DNA of 64,000 nucleotides, taken from IMG/VR virus record IMGVR_UViG_3300047509_000156, positions 32,001 through 96,000 of that record. One strand, given 5' to 3'. The notes below the pieces were generated by a model. The model worked only from the letters and a program-made list of their open reading frames with translations, did not search any database and was not told the origin of the DNA. Made by a program: the position numbers and the translations under genes. This stretch comes from a virus. Positions 28,218 to 36,375 of the stretch are shown piece after piece (the first letter of the stretch is position 1; the number at the start of each line of letters is the position of its first letter).

Positions 28218-28832
28218 TTATGTTGGTTGTTCCATGATGGCGTTACCAATGGCCGTGCCGCCGCCGAATTGTTCCTGCTGCATCTTCCACGCTACCTCGG
28301 CACACCTCTTCCGCTCCATTGTTGTGCCGAAGTTCAGCCCATCGTTGATTCCCTTTTCGCGTCCCTTCTCGAATCCGTGCTGGTACTGGTCGAGCGACCC
28401 GTCCTCCCTGGAGTCGCGGAGCAGGCGGGTCAAAAAGTCGATGTGGGCGAAGAGGTCATTGACGCTGGCGAATACGTATTCTCGGCTCATGCGGATCGAC
28501 CAACCACGGTCATTTTGTACGCGCACGTCGTCCTGCACCTTCTTCCACGCCAGCCGCGCCGATTCGAGCGCCTCGTCGGAAAGAGGATCGCCGGCCACGT
28601 CCAGCGACAGAGCGTCCTGCATACCCGCCTCGCGAGCCTCTTGGAGCAACGGCAGAACTTGACCGATCAGGCTTTCAGCCTCACCTCTGGCAATCGATTC
28701 AACCAGGAATGCCTTGATTTCAATGGCGCCGACGCGGATACCGTAAACATGATCCTGCTCGCCGCCGTTGGCCATACGGTCACGACACTGTACCTTTACC
28801 ATCTCCTGGGCGATCTGCTCGTTCGTCTTCAT
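28218..28832 (-). CDS. Hypothetical protein
   Basis: GGAGG RBS; GFEKGREKG repeat, ERKRCA. Confidence 0.65.
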   Translation of the reverse strand: MKTNEQIAQEMVKVQCRDRMANGGEQDHVYGIRVGAIEIKAFLVESIARGEAESLIGQVLPLLQEAREAGMQDALSLDVAGDPLSDEALESARLAWKKVQDDVRVQNDRGWSIRMSREYVFASVNDLFAHIDFLTRLLRDSREDGSLDQYQHGFEKGREKGINDGLNFGTTMERKRCAEVAWKMQQEQFGGGTAIGNAIMEQPT

Positions 28833-29113
28833 GATCTATCTCCTCCGCTGGCAAGACAGCGGCGTATCGACTGGTACGACGTGTGGTACTTATTACCGAT
28901 CGCCTCCAGCGTGGCACCTTGATCGCGCATAAGACGCATATCAGCCACGTCGGCAGGGGTGAATCGCGAGCGGCTCTTGTTGTTGCCGTCGCGAGCGCAG
29001 GCCGGCATGGTGGCGGCGCGATCGTCGTACTCTGACTGACAGCCGGCACAGATCCGCAGCGGTGCCGGGCAGATGCGTTTGCCGCACCATGTACACCCGT
29101 ACGGTTCGTTCAT
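28829..29113 (-). CDS. Zn-finger/HTH protein
   Basis: CTWC..CAGC; GATLEAIGNKYHTSYQSIRR. Confidence 0.6.
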   Translation of the reverse strand: MNEPYGCTWCGKRICPAPLRICAGCQSEYDDRAATMPACARDGNNKSRSRFTPADVADMRLMRDQGATLEAIGNKYHTSYQSIRRCLASGGDRS

Positions 29114-29310
29114 GGCTTCCTCTCGGCTTTCCTTGAGAGCAGTTCGGACTGACGGAAGCAGCGTTCCGTCAACTCCTCGACGAGTTTCTTGAGGCGGGTG
29201 TTCTCCTCGCAGACAGCAACGATCACCTTGGGCGGTGCGTACTGCCAACTGTGGCCGAGGCGTACTGCCTCTCTAGCGTCGATCAGGAGTTCCTCGGTGG
29301 TACGTGTCAT
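29110..29310 (-). CDS. Hypothetical coiled-coil protein
   Basis: Coupled ORF. Confidence 0.5.
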   Translation of the reverse strand: MTRTTEELLIDAREAVRLGHSWQYAPPKVIVAVCEENTRLKKLVEELTERCFRQSELLSRKAERKP

Positions 29311-29840
29311 AGGTCCGAGAGCCCTTTCTTGCGAAACTCTTCGATCCACCTCTGCCAGTCGTCGGCCAGGGCAAAGAGGCGACGCCGAAGGTAGGAGACG
29401 TACTTTTTGTGGTAGAAGACGACTGTGGTGTCCTTCTCCGGGCGGACGGCGTAGTAGGCATAGGCTCCGATCAATCTTCTCTCTTCGTGGGTCGCTAGAG
29501 AGAATTCCTGTACGCTGGCGCGAAAGCCACCAATCATGACCGTACCAGGACCACTCACCTTCTCCTTATCGACCCGCAGCCACAGGGATTTGGGCGTCCA
29601 CCACGCCAATAGGGACATTCTCCAACCGTCGCCGTACTCTGTGTGGATCACAGTTCCAGGGCGGTGGCTAGTAACACGATCCGCCTTGCAGAACGCGACG
29701 ATGGGCGTGGCGATCCTGGCGCGCCGACGCCAGGATTTCCGTATCTGCACCTCGCCGGGACAGTTCTCCTCCAGCCAGTCGGCAAAGGCCAGCCACGACA
29801 CCGGGTCGAGTCCTCTCTGGAGATGCCGTGGCGGTTTCAC
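29307..29840 (-). CDS. TIGR02996-like N-terminal motif protein
   Basis: DPVSWLAFADWLEEN. Confidence 0.6.
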   Translation of the reverse strand: MKPPRHLQRGLDPVSWLAFADWLEENCPGEVQIRKSWRRRARIATPIVAFCKADRVTSHRPGTVIHTEYGDGWRMSLLAWWTPKSLWLRVDKEKVSGPGTVMIGGFRASVQEFSLATHEERRLIGAYAYYAVRPEKDTTVVFYHKKYVSYLRRRLFALADDWQRWIEEFRKKGLSDL

Positions 29841-30024
29841 GCTTCACCACCGCTTTCCTGCCAGTCGAGCCACCAGGGATGTTCCTCCTCGCACACGCTG
29901 TCGGTGTGAGCGTCATCATTGCGAGGCAGAAATCCGTATCCGTCGCAGTCGTGGCACACCGTATAGTCGTTCGTTGGCACCGGGAACCTATCGACGATTC
30001 CCTTACCGCCGCATCGTGTACAGA

Positions 30025-30246
30025 TCATAGCTTCTCCTTTTCTGCTTCGTGGCTTCTCTGCCGCAACGCCTCTGCCAGCGCACGGGCGGTTTTCGGATCG
30101 AGACGCAAAACGGTGACGGGCTGGGCGAAAGCAACCACGACGCTTCCCTGGTGCGCCATGATGTTGACATCGACGTTGTGCGTCTCGGGCAGCGTCGCAT
30201 CTTGGGGCGGCAAGTTTACTCGCGGCTCGAAGTCGTCGTTGGTCAT
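30025..30246 (-). CDS. Hypothetical protein
   Basis: Coupled ORF, ARALAEAL. Confidence 0.55.
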   Translation of the reverse strand: MTNDDFEPRVNLPPQDATLPETHNVDVNIMAHQGSVVVAFAQPVTVLRLDPKTARALAEALRQRSHEAEKEKL

Positions 30247-30428
30247 CGCTTGCTCCTTTCCTTTTCCTCTTGCGACATCAATTCCTCCCTGAGAACCGTA
30301 ACCGTCCTGGGTGCCTCGACGCCCAGCCGGCAGCGGCCTCGATCCGTGTTGATGAGGGTAATCCAGATCGGCCCATCCGATGTTTCCAGGTAGATCCGTT
30401 CACCCGTTTGTCGTCCCAGTACCAGCAT
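30243..30428 (-). CDS. csrA: Carbon storage regulator CsrA-like RNA-binding protein
   Basis: MLVLGRQTGERI...RLGVEAPRTVTVLREEL. Confidence 0.9.
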   Translation of the reverse strand: MLVLGRQTGERIYLETSDGPIWITLINTDRGRCRLGVEAPRTVTVLREELMSQEEKERSKR

Positions 30429-30664
30429 CCTTCTTCCTCCTTCTGTGAGAACGGCTTTCCGTTTTTACCTTCGGCCTCTTCGGTTGTCCGGCGTCTAGTT
30501 CGTCCAGCACATGAACCAGACACTCGCCGCACACTCTGGTTATCAGCAGCGGCAAAAATCCCTCGTCTTCCCGGTAAACGAGATGATCTCCCACGCTATC
30601 GCAGCGGTAGCACAGGCGATTTGTCTCGATAGTGCGCGTCGAGTAGGGCACGGCAGCCTCCCGC

Positions 30665-30958
30665 TCACGAGACCTGCGGCAAGGGTCGGACGTGCCAGCG
30701 TCCCTTGACCTGGAAGCCCCAGAAGACGTTGGCGTCGTGCCATCCCTTCTGCCACTGCCGGTAACAGTGCCGGTCGTCGGCGTGACTGTAGGGGTTGTCC
30801 GACAGCCCCTTACCGGCGATGCGGTCGCTGGACCCGCGATTGAACGCTGTCGCCATCTGTTCGGTGAGCGTTTCCTTGTACTCCTGTTTCAATCCGCCCC
30901 CCCGGTCATCCGAGGGGGAATTCTCGTCATAGCCTGGCATCTTCTCGTGGTCGATCAT
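30665..30958 (-). CDS. Rmf/CrpP-fold-like protein
   Basis: AFNRG...G.....NPY......RQWQKGW. Confidence 0.55.
   Translation of the reverse strand: MIDHEKMPGYDENSPSDDRGGGLKQEYKETLTEQMATAFNRGSSDRIAGKGLSDNPYSHADDRHCYRQWQKGWHDANVFWGFQVKGRWHVRPLPQVS
30886..30921 (-). CRISPR. Solitary CRISPR-repeat-like unit A
   Basis: ATTCCCCCTCGGATGACCGGGGGGGCGGATTGAAAC; hairpin plus ATTGAAAC handle; same family as unit D. Confidence 0.6.
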
Positions 30959-31221
30959 TCCTCTTCCTCCACTCGCTCCACCTTGAATTCCGGTAGGCTG
31001 TCCACGTCGATCAGCCGCCGCATCGCCGCCCGCGCCTCACCAGCCGTCCACGCTTGGACGATGAAGTCGATCTCCGTTCCGGCCAGGCGCCACAGGGGAG
31101 TTGGTTTCTTGAGGTGGACGACGCGGGCACCTATTTCCTTGTTGATATTGGCAAACGCACGCCTCTTACTCTTGGCAGACTTCAGGGAGGCGATCTGTTC
31201 GCTGATGCTTACCCGGCGCAT
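30955..31221 (-). CDS. Hypothetical protein
   Basis: Coupled ORF with RBS. Confidence 0.55.
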   Translation of the reverse strand: MRRVSISEQIASLKSAKSKRRAFANINKEIGARVVHLKKPTPLWRLAGTEIDFIVQAWTAGEARAAMRRLIDVDSLPEFKVERVEEEE

Positions 31222-31829
31222 ACTTCCTCCTCCGGATACTCGTTACCCCAGCCATCGAAACCCGATCGCCTCTTACGGGAGAATAGTTCCAGTCGCGGTT
31301 CTGGGCTGCACTTCTCGACCATCTCCATGAAGGAGTCTGGTTTGACGCTGTGCGGCAGGCGTTCGGAGAGAAATAGAGTTGGTATCGCCTCCTCGACTTC
31401 CAGACGAAGTTTTCCACGGACGGCGAATAGGCAATGTTCCGTGGCACTGCGGAACCAGTACCCCGTCTTGCACGACGGCTCGAAGGAAGCCTTGTCGGCC
31501 TTTCTTACCTTGCCCCAGGTGATGATCGTCTTGGGTTTGAATCCCCACGCCCTAGCGAGGTCGTGTGCTTCCTCCATGAAGGAGTTTGTCGTCCAAAGAT
31601 AGAGGTGGGCGTCCTCCTGAACGAGAGACTGTACGCCCAGACGGATCAGATCGATCATGCTCATCGTCTCGTAGTGACTGCCAAGATCGGCCTGAATGAT
31701 CTCTGCCGCCCTCCCCTCCTGGCTGCCCCTGCCGCCATTGCCGACGACGGCGCGTGGCGAGTGATAGGGCCACGGCGGGTCAGCCACGATGCAGCGGTAG
31801 TGCTTCGGAAGATCACTCAATTGTCGCAT
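31209..31829 (-). CDS. MT-A70 family adenine methyltransferase
   Basis: IVADPPW, HLYLWTT, AWGF, TEHCLFA, HSVKP, RLELF. Confidence 0.92.
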   Translation of the reverse strand: MRQLSDLPKHYRCIVADPPWPYHSPRAVVGNGGRGSQEGRAAEIIQADLGSHYETMSMIDLIRLGVQSLVQEDAHLYLWTTNSFMEEAHDLARAWGFKPKTIITWGKVRKADKASFEPSCKTGYWFRSATEHCLFAVRGKLRLEVEEAIPTLFLSERLPHSVKPDSFMEMVEKCSPEPRLELFSRKRRSGFDGWGNEYPEEEVCAG

Positions 31830-31841
31830 TTCCGCTCCTTA

Positions 31842-32201
31842 TTAGATTTCCCAGAGAGTAACCACGATCTTGCCGCCCTTGCACACTTCCTTGCGGATGA
31901 CATGTAGATCGTCGATATGTTCATCATCCTGATAAACTCCGGCCTTTTGCAGGGCGTCCAAAGTCGATTTGGCTAAGTTATCGATATCGCGTCCTCGACG
32001 ATCAGGAGGGAACACCTCGATAAGCACGCCGAGCCTGCCGTCCATTGGCTTCAGGCGAGCGATAACGCACATGATGCCGACTGCTTCCCTGAACAGTTTA
32101 CCTTCCTCGCTCACAAGAACCTTGATCCCCTTGGGGCAGGCTACATGGCGCCAGTAGTGGTTGACGCTTGGAGCGAAAGGGAGTTCGATTGTCTGCTTCA
32201 T
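31842..32201 (-). CDS. rusA: RusA-family Holliday junction resolvase
   Basis: PSVNHYW, PPDRRGRDIDNLAKSTLDAL, YQDDEHI. Confidence 0.92.
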   Translation of the reverse strand: MKQTIELPFAPSVNHYWRHVACPKGIKVLVSEEGKLFREAVGIMCVIARLKPMDGRLGVLIEVFPPDRRGRDIDNLAKSTLDALQKAGVYQDDEHIDDLHVIRKEVCKGGKIVVTLWEI

Positions 32202-32542
32202 GTCGTCTCCTTGACCACCTCGTACTTTCTGCCGACCCTCTTGATGTACCCCGTAGCGATCAGCCCTCTGGCGCCGGCCAGACAGGCGTAGACTCGCCGC
32301 GAGCAGGCTGAATCGCTCTCGGCTCCTATGAGTCCGAAATGCGTCTGGCTTTCTTCCCAGCAGGCCAGTATTAGCGTGGTGAGCGAGAAAGGTTGCTGGA
32401 GGTTTTCTGCCACACCGAGAAGCACCTCCACGGCTGATCCGGGTATGAGGATTTTCTTCTTGATGGCGTGTTTCTCGTCGTAGACGCGGTTCCACTCAGC
32501 CTCGTCGTGTGCCGCCAGTGCAGCAGGGGTGTCGTCGTTCAT
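32198..32542 (-). CDS. Hypothetical winged-helix-like protein
   Basis: ACWEE...FGL.G...GLI..GYI. Confidence 0.55.
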   Translation of the reverse strand: MNDDTPAALAAHDEAEWNRVYDEKHAIKKKILIPGSAVEVLLGVAENLQQPFSLTTLILACWEESQTHFGLIGAESDSACSRRVYACLAGARGLIATGYIKRVGRKYEVVKETT

Positions 32543-32717
32543 TTATCTCTCCAAAGTCCCAAACGTCTCAGTTCTTCCTCGGCCTGCCGCGCCAGTTCCT
32601 CGATCCGCTCCTCGTGTCCTGGCGGATCGTGCAGGACGAGATCGCCGTGGTGGCGTCTCTGTCTCGTCTTGGTCATCGTCTCCGATGGCCGGCAGGCGTG
32701 AACGCTATTATTCTCCA

Positions 32718-33134
32718 TCAGAATCCTCCGCCCTGCGAGATGTAACCGGCGACCTTCTCGGGCAACGGTTCCGGCTTCACATCGGCCAAGTCCATGCGTC
32801 CGAGAAACTCGATGGCTAAAGCACGGACGCAAAATGAGTACACGCCCTTACACGTCTTGATCCAGGGATGTCCGCGTACCTGGCCGTCTGGTTTGCTCCA
32901 GGCTTCGAGGAACTTGCACACCAGTTTATCCAGCGGCGTGCCGTACTGGATCGCCGTCGAAAACAGGATGGCCCAGTCGTCGGCCACTAGGCGGATGTCA
33001 CCGTTGCCGACGACGAGGAACACCTCCCCCAACTTGCCGTCCTCATAGAGGCCGCAAGTCAGAAACACGTCCGTGCCTCCGATATCGACGGACCATGTGA
33101 AGGATTTGCGACGGTCGGGGAGTTTACGGTACAC
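32718..33134 (-). CDS. Stand-alone class II ribonucleotide reductase C-terminal (TSCPD-like) domain
   Basis: RKLPDRRKSFT...GLYEDGKLGEVFL...S.AIQYGTPL. Confidence 0.8.
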   Translation of the reverse strand: MYRKLPDRRKSFTWSVDIGGTDVFLTCGLYEDGKLGEVFLVVGNGDIRLVADDWAILFSTAIQYGTPLDKLVCKFLEAWSKPDGQVRGHPWIKTCKGVYSFCVRALAIEFLGRMDLADVKPEPLPEKVAGYISQGGGF

Positions 33135-33426
33135 CTTGCATCTCCTTGGATTCTCTCTGTCTTTGAATCGTCACCGCACGCCACATGGCTTCCAGAGTTT
33201 CGTGGAGATCCTTCATCTGATCGGCCTTGCCGCGAACGCCGGCACAGAGCATCTTCTTGATGGCGTGCTGCCGCGCCGGGCAGGTTATTCCGAACGCCTC
33301 CAGTACGCAGTACACGTCAACGAGGATAGGCTTGCCGTTGTCGTCTGCCGGGTGGATCAGACGGAGATACTTGGAGCCGCTGTGGCTCTGTATTGGCCTC
33401 TCGTAAATAGACGGGTCTTTTTTCAT
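33124..33426 (-). CDS. Phage hypothetical protein (DUF3310-like)
   Basis: DVYCVLEAF...QHAIKKMLCAG.RGK...DL. Confidence 0.7.
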   Translation of the reverse strand: MKKDPSIYERPIQSHSGSKYLRLIHPADDNGKPILVDVYCVLEAFGITCPARQHAIKKMLCAGVRGKADQMKDLHETLEAMWRAVTIQRQRESKEMQGVP

Positions 33427-33472
33427 GGTTGTTTCCCAGGCAGCCGGCGGTTCTCCTTGCCCACTATCTCCA

Positions 33473-33572
33473 GTTTCAATCCACAGCCAGCCCAGCGGCC
33501 GGCTGCACCGTCTCATCAGTCCGATCAGATTGGTGGTTTCAATCCACGCCTAACCCACATGGCCAGGCGCAC
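33473..33572 (-). CRISPR. CRISPR mini-array: two degenerate type I-C-like repeats and one 27-nt spacer
   Basis: GTGCGCCTGGCCATGTGGGTTAGGCGTGGATTGAAAC - CACCAATCTGATCGGACTGATGAGACG - GTGCAGCCGGCCGCTGGGCTGGCTGTGGATTGAAAC; intergenic; flanked by a 14-bp inverted repeat. Confidence 0.75.
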
Positions 33573-33597
33573 GATTCCGCCGGCTGCCTGTTGATCG

Positions 33598-34443
33598 TCA
33601 GTGGTCGCGAACCCACACTGTCTCGACCATGCGCCTCTTGGATTCTCCCGATGCGGCGTTGTTCGGCAGCGTCCATTCCTGCTGCGTTGTGTGCTTGTTC
33701 AGCATCCGGTCGTAGAGGTCGTTGCGGTATCCCGAGAGGATAAACTTCGACTTACCGCGAAGCAACTGCTCCAGAAGCCTCTCGTGCTGTTCGACCGTCA
33801 TCTCGTGCTGGTAGTCGTCCGTGCTGGCGCGGGTCTCGGGCATGTAGCTTGGATCTAGGTACAGGAGCGTGTTCTCGCCGTCCTGCTCGCGGCACACGTC
33901 GATGCCGTCGTGGTTGAGGATGACGACTCTCTTCAAACGGGCGTGGACCTCTGGAAGTCCCTCGATGCACGTCAGCCACGCGGATGCCTGCTCGTTCTGT
34001 CCACGGCGTGTCCTGTTCCGCGACAGTGGGGCGAAGTGTTTCATTCGCCCAGCGAGCGATTGGCGGCAGCAGATAAAGAAACTACAGGCGCGGAGAACAC
34101 AGGCTGCTGTTCCTTGCGTGGTGATTTCGCTGGAATCTGGAACACCTTTCCACCCGATATTCCTCAGAATTCCGGCGGAAACAGTCCACTCGAACTCGCT
34201 AAACGGTGTCGCTTCGATGACACGGAAGAACGCCTCGAACGTATGCGGGTGACGGATAACAGTCCAGAAGTTTGTCAGGTGGCGGTAGAGGTCGTTCGCA
34301 ACCTCGCTGACACCTTCCGGGTTCTTGGCGAGCAGGACAGACAATCCGCCAGCGAACGGCTCGACGTAGTGCAGGTGCGGTATCGAGTCGGTAATCTCGA
34401 CGATCCTGGCGGCAAGGTATGATTTTCCGCCATTCAGTGCCAC
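33598..34443 (-). CDS. D12-class (Dam-like) DNA adenine methyltransferase with disrupted N-terminus
   Basis: GGKSYLA, YVEPFAGG, NDL, YLDPSY, ILSGY. Confidence 0.85.
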   Translation of the reverse strand: MALNGGKSYLAARIVEITDSIPHLHYVEPFAGGLSVLLAKNPEGVSEVANDLYRHLTNFWTVIRHPHTFEAFFRVIEATPFSEFEWTVSAGILRNIGWKGVPDSSEITTQGTAACVLRACSFFICCRQSLAGRMKHFAPLSRNRTRRGQNEQASAWLTCIEGLPEVHARLKRVVILNHDGIDVCREQDGENTLLYLDPSYMPETRASTDDYQHEMTVEQHERLLEQLLRGKSKFILSGYRNDLYDRMLNKHTTQQEWTLPNNAASGESKRRMVETVWVRDH

Positions 34444-34736
34444 TTCAAACAGGACGGCACAGGCCGAAACGTCGAAGCGGCATTCCTCCTTTCACTGGTC
34501 ATCTTGTCCCTCCTTTCCCGGTACTTCTCCAGGCATGGCTTGCACACCAGTCCGTAGCGCCAGATCCACCAAGCATCATCCAGAGGCTCGATCACCTCTT
34601 CGCATGTCCGACATGGGTACGCCTTGGTGACGAGGATCTTCTGGGCGCTACGCCGCGCAGGCAGACGCTCGACGGATGCGAGTTTGCCATGTTCGTCGCG
34701 ATACTCTCTGTATTCAGGAGCCTGTTCCACACTCAT
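34434..34736 (-). CDS. Hypothetical Zn-binding protein ending in the displaced Dam N-terminus
   Basis: CRTC..CKPC; ends PSCLKWH*. Confidence 0.5.
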   Translation of the reverse strand: MSVEQAPEYREYRDEHGKLASVERLPARRSAQKILVTKAYPCRTCEEVIEPLDDAWWIWRYGLVCKPCLEKYRERRDKMTSERRNAASTFRPVPSCLKWH

Positions 34737-35205
34737 CGGAGTTCCCTCCGTCGCGCCACTCGCAGAAAAAGCGCCATAGTTTACGCTGCATCCGCTCGAT
34801 ACTGCTGTCCTCGGCGGTGAAGCAGTGCCCGCAGGGAAGCACCGCCTTGCCCTCATGGCGTTGTTCCGGTGTCGCGTGATAGATCGAGGAGAAGTTCGTT
34901 CCGTCTGGCCATCTGAATGATTCTTCCGGCGCGGGGCGGTTTTGCCGCTCGACGAGCATCTTGGCCTTCCGCGCCTCAGCACGCGCCTTGCGCTTCTCCT
35001 GCCGGCAACTGCCGCAATCCTCCTGGGCATAGGAGGCGACCGGGCGAACATGACCGCACTTGAATGCCACGTTCTCCGTCAGTTTGACGTGACACTTCGG
35101 CACCGGCAGGTCGTTGGAGATCTGCGGCTTGTCGGCCACGATGAGTCCCTTGGCCGCTTGTTTACTTCGCATTCGTTCGAGTCGATCCCCCATCATTTCC
35201 TCCAC
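34714..35205 (-). CDS. Hypothetical Zn-binding protein
   Basis: CGH...CGSC, LPCGHC. Confidence 0.6.
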   Translation of the reverse strand: MEEMMGDRLERMRSKQAAKGLIVADKPQISNDLPVPKCHVKLTENVAFKCGHVRPVASYAQEDCGSCRQEKRKARAEARKAKMLVERQNRPAPEESFRWPDGTNFSSIYHATPEQRHEGKAVLPCGHCFTAEDSSIERMQRKLWRFFCEWRDGGNSDECGTGS

Positions 35206-35343
35206 CAGAGTAGTTCGTGCCAGTCAGGAAACTGAGCGGCCTTCGTCCCCGACTTTGAAGCCTTCCAGAACCGCCTCGGCGCGCCGCCAGAGAAAGACCA
35301 CCAACCATAAGGCAATCCGTTGCAACATCGTAAACCTCCATGA

Positions 35344-35380
35344 GTTTCAATCCACAGCCAATATTGCGACCGGACGCATC
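35344..35380 (-). CRISPR. Solitary CRISPR-repeat-like unit C (degenerate)
   Basis: GATGCGTCCGGTCGCAATATTGGCTGTGGATTGAAAC; last 17 nt identical to the mini-array repeat at 33473. Confidence 0.6.
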
Positions 35381-35667
35381 GGAAAAATCGCCCGCCGCCG
35401 GGTTGGACTGCAAACGACAAAGGTCTGGCGCCTCTCCAACGAGGATCGGCACTCCCAGCGGCGGGCGAAGTCACGTCTTAGGCTTATAAGTCTTCAGAGT
35501 GCCGTACACTCCACATCACCTAGCCTTTCCTTGTTTTGTGCTCGCCGGAGCATAGAAGAGAACCCCCAACCACGAGCGTCCTTTACCACCCTCCGGCGAG
35601 CCTGGCCTCTCGGGTGGCCTCGCGATGACCCGCGCCGGCAACGAGCCGGATAGTCTCCCGAGAAGGA

Positions 35668-35967
35668 TCACGCTGTCCGCATCGCTTCCGGTTTGCAGAC
35701 GATAAGTTGCAGGACGGGCTGGATCGTAGCCACTTCTCTGTCCTCGAAGGAGATGACGCCCAGACGCCGTAATTTCCTGACGATGTGGTGGACGTGATTG
35801 CTCGCCTTGAATCCGCATCTCTTGGCGACCGTGCGAATGGAGATCGGTTTGCGCTCCCGGTAGAGGTCGTAGATGGCGGCGATCACCTTGACGTGACCTG
35901 GAGGCAGAACGTCGGAGCGGATGGATCGCGGCATGGTGTGGTAGATACTCGGTACTCTGAGAGACAT
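35668..35967 (-). CDS. LexA-like winged-HTH DNA-binding protein
   Basis: PISIRTVAKRCGFKASNHVHHIVRKLRRLGVI. Confidence 0.7.
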   Translation of the reverse strand: MSLRVPSIYHTMPRSIRSDVLPPGHVKVIAAIYDLYRERKPISIRTVAKRCGFKASNHVHHIVRKLRRLGVISFEDREVATIQPVLQLIVCKPEAMRTA

Positions 35968-36004
35968 GGTCCGTTCTCCGTTGTTTATGTCTTCCTCTGC
36001 ACTA

Positions 36005-36031
36005 TATACGCTCCTGTCTCTTGCGTGTGAC
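36005..36031 (-). promoter_or_regulatory. GTCACA-N15-CGTATA motif copy 4
   Basis: Exact motif, intergenic. Confidence 0.8.
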
Positions 36032-36039
36032 AGGGAGAG

Positions 36040-36357
36040 TTATTTTTTCTGGCCATTGCCGTTGGTGTGCGTGCCATTCGTGCCGGCGGCGACGGCTATC
36101 TTGGGCTTTTCGGCAGGCTTTTCCTGGGGTCGCTCGGCGTCGAGGTGTTTCTGGTACTCGTCGATGATGAGACCGATCAATCGGTCGGCCTCGCTCTTGG
36201 CCACGGCGGTGGTGACGTTTCCCAGCGTCTCGCGGTCTTCCATGTTCCCCGAGTGACAGGCACTCATCGTGGCGGCGCGGAAGGAAACCGTCCCCGAGAG
36301 GATAACACCCACGGTCAGGCCGTGGAGGCGTGCGATGGTGCGTTCGCGTGCGGTCAT
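36040..36357 (-). CDS. Hypothetical protein
   Basis: ORF after helicase. Confidence 0.55.
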   Translation of the reverse strand: MTARERTIARLHGLTVGVILSGTVSFRAATMSACHSGNMEDRETLGNVTTAVAKSEADRLIGLIIDEYQKHLDAERPQEKPAEKPKIAVAAGTNGTHTNGNGQKK

Positions 36358-36375
36358 GGGTGACGCCTTTCGTGG

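Noticed and set aside
33470-33535. Hammerhead ribozyme (CTGATGAG in the spacer plus GAAAC)
   Set aside because: Stems I-III cannot be formed properly around the core; GAAAC is explained by the repeat end
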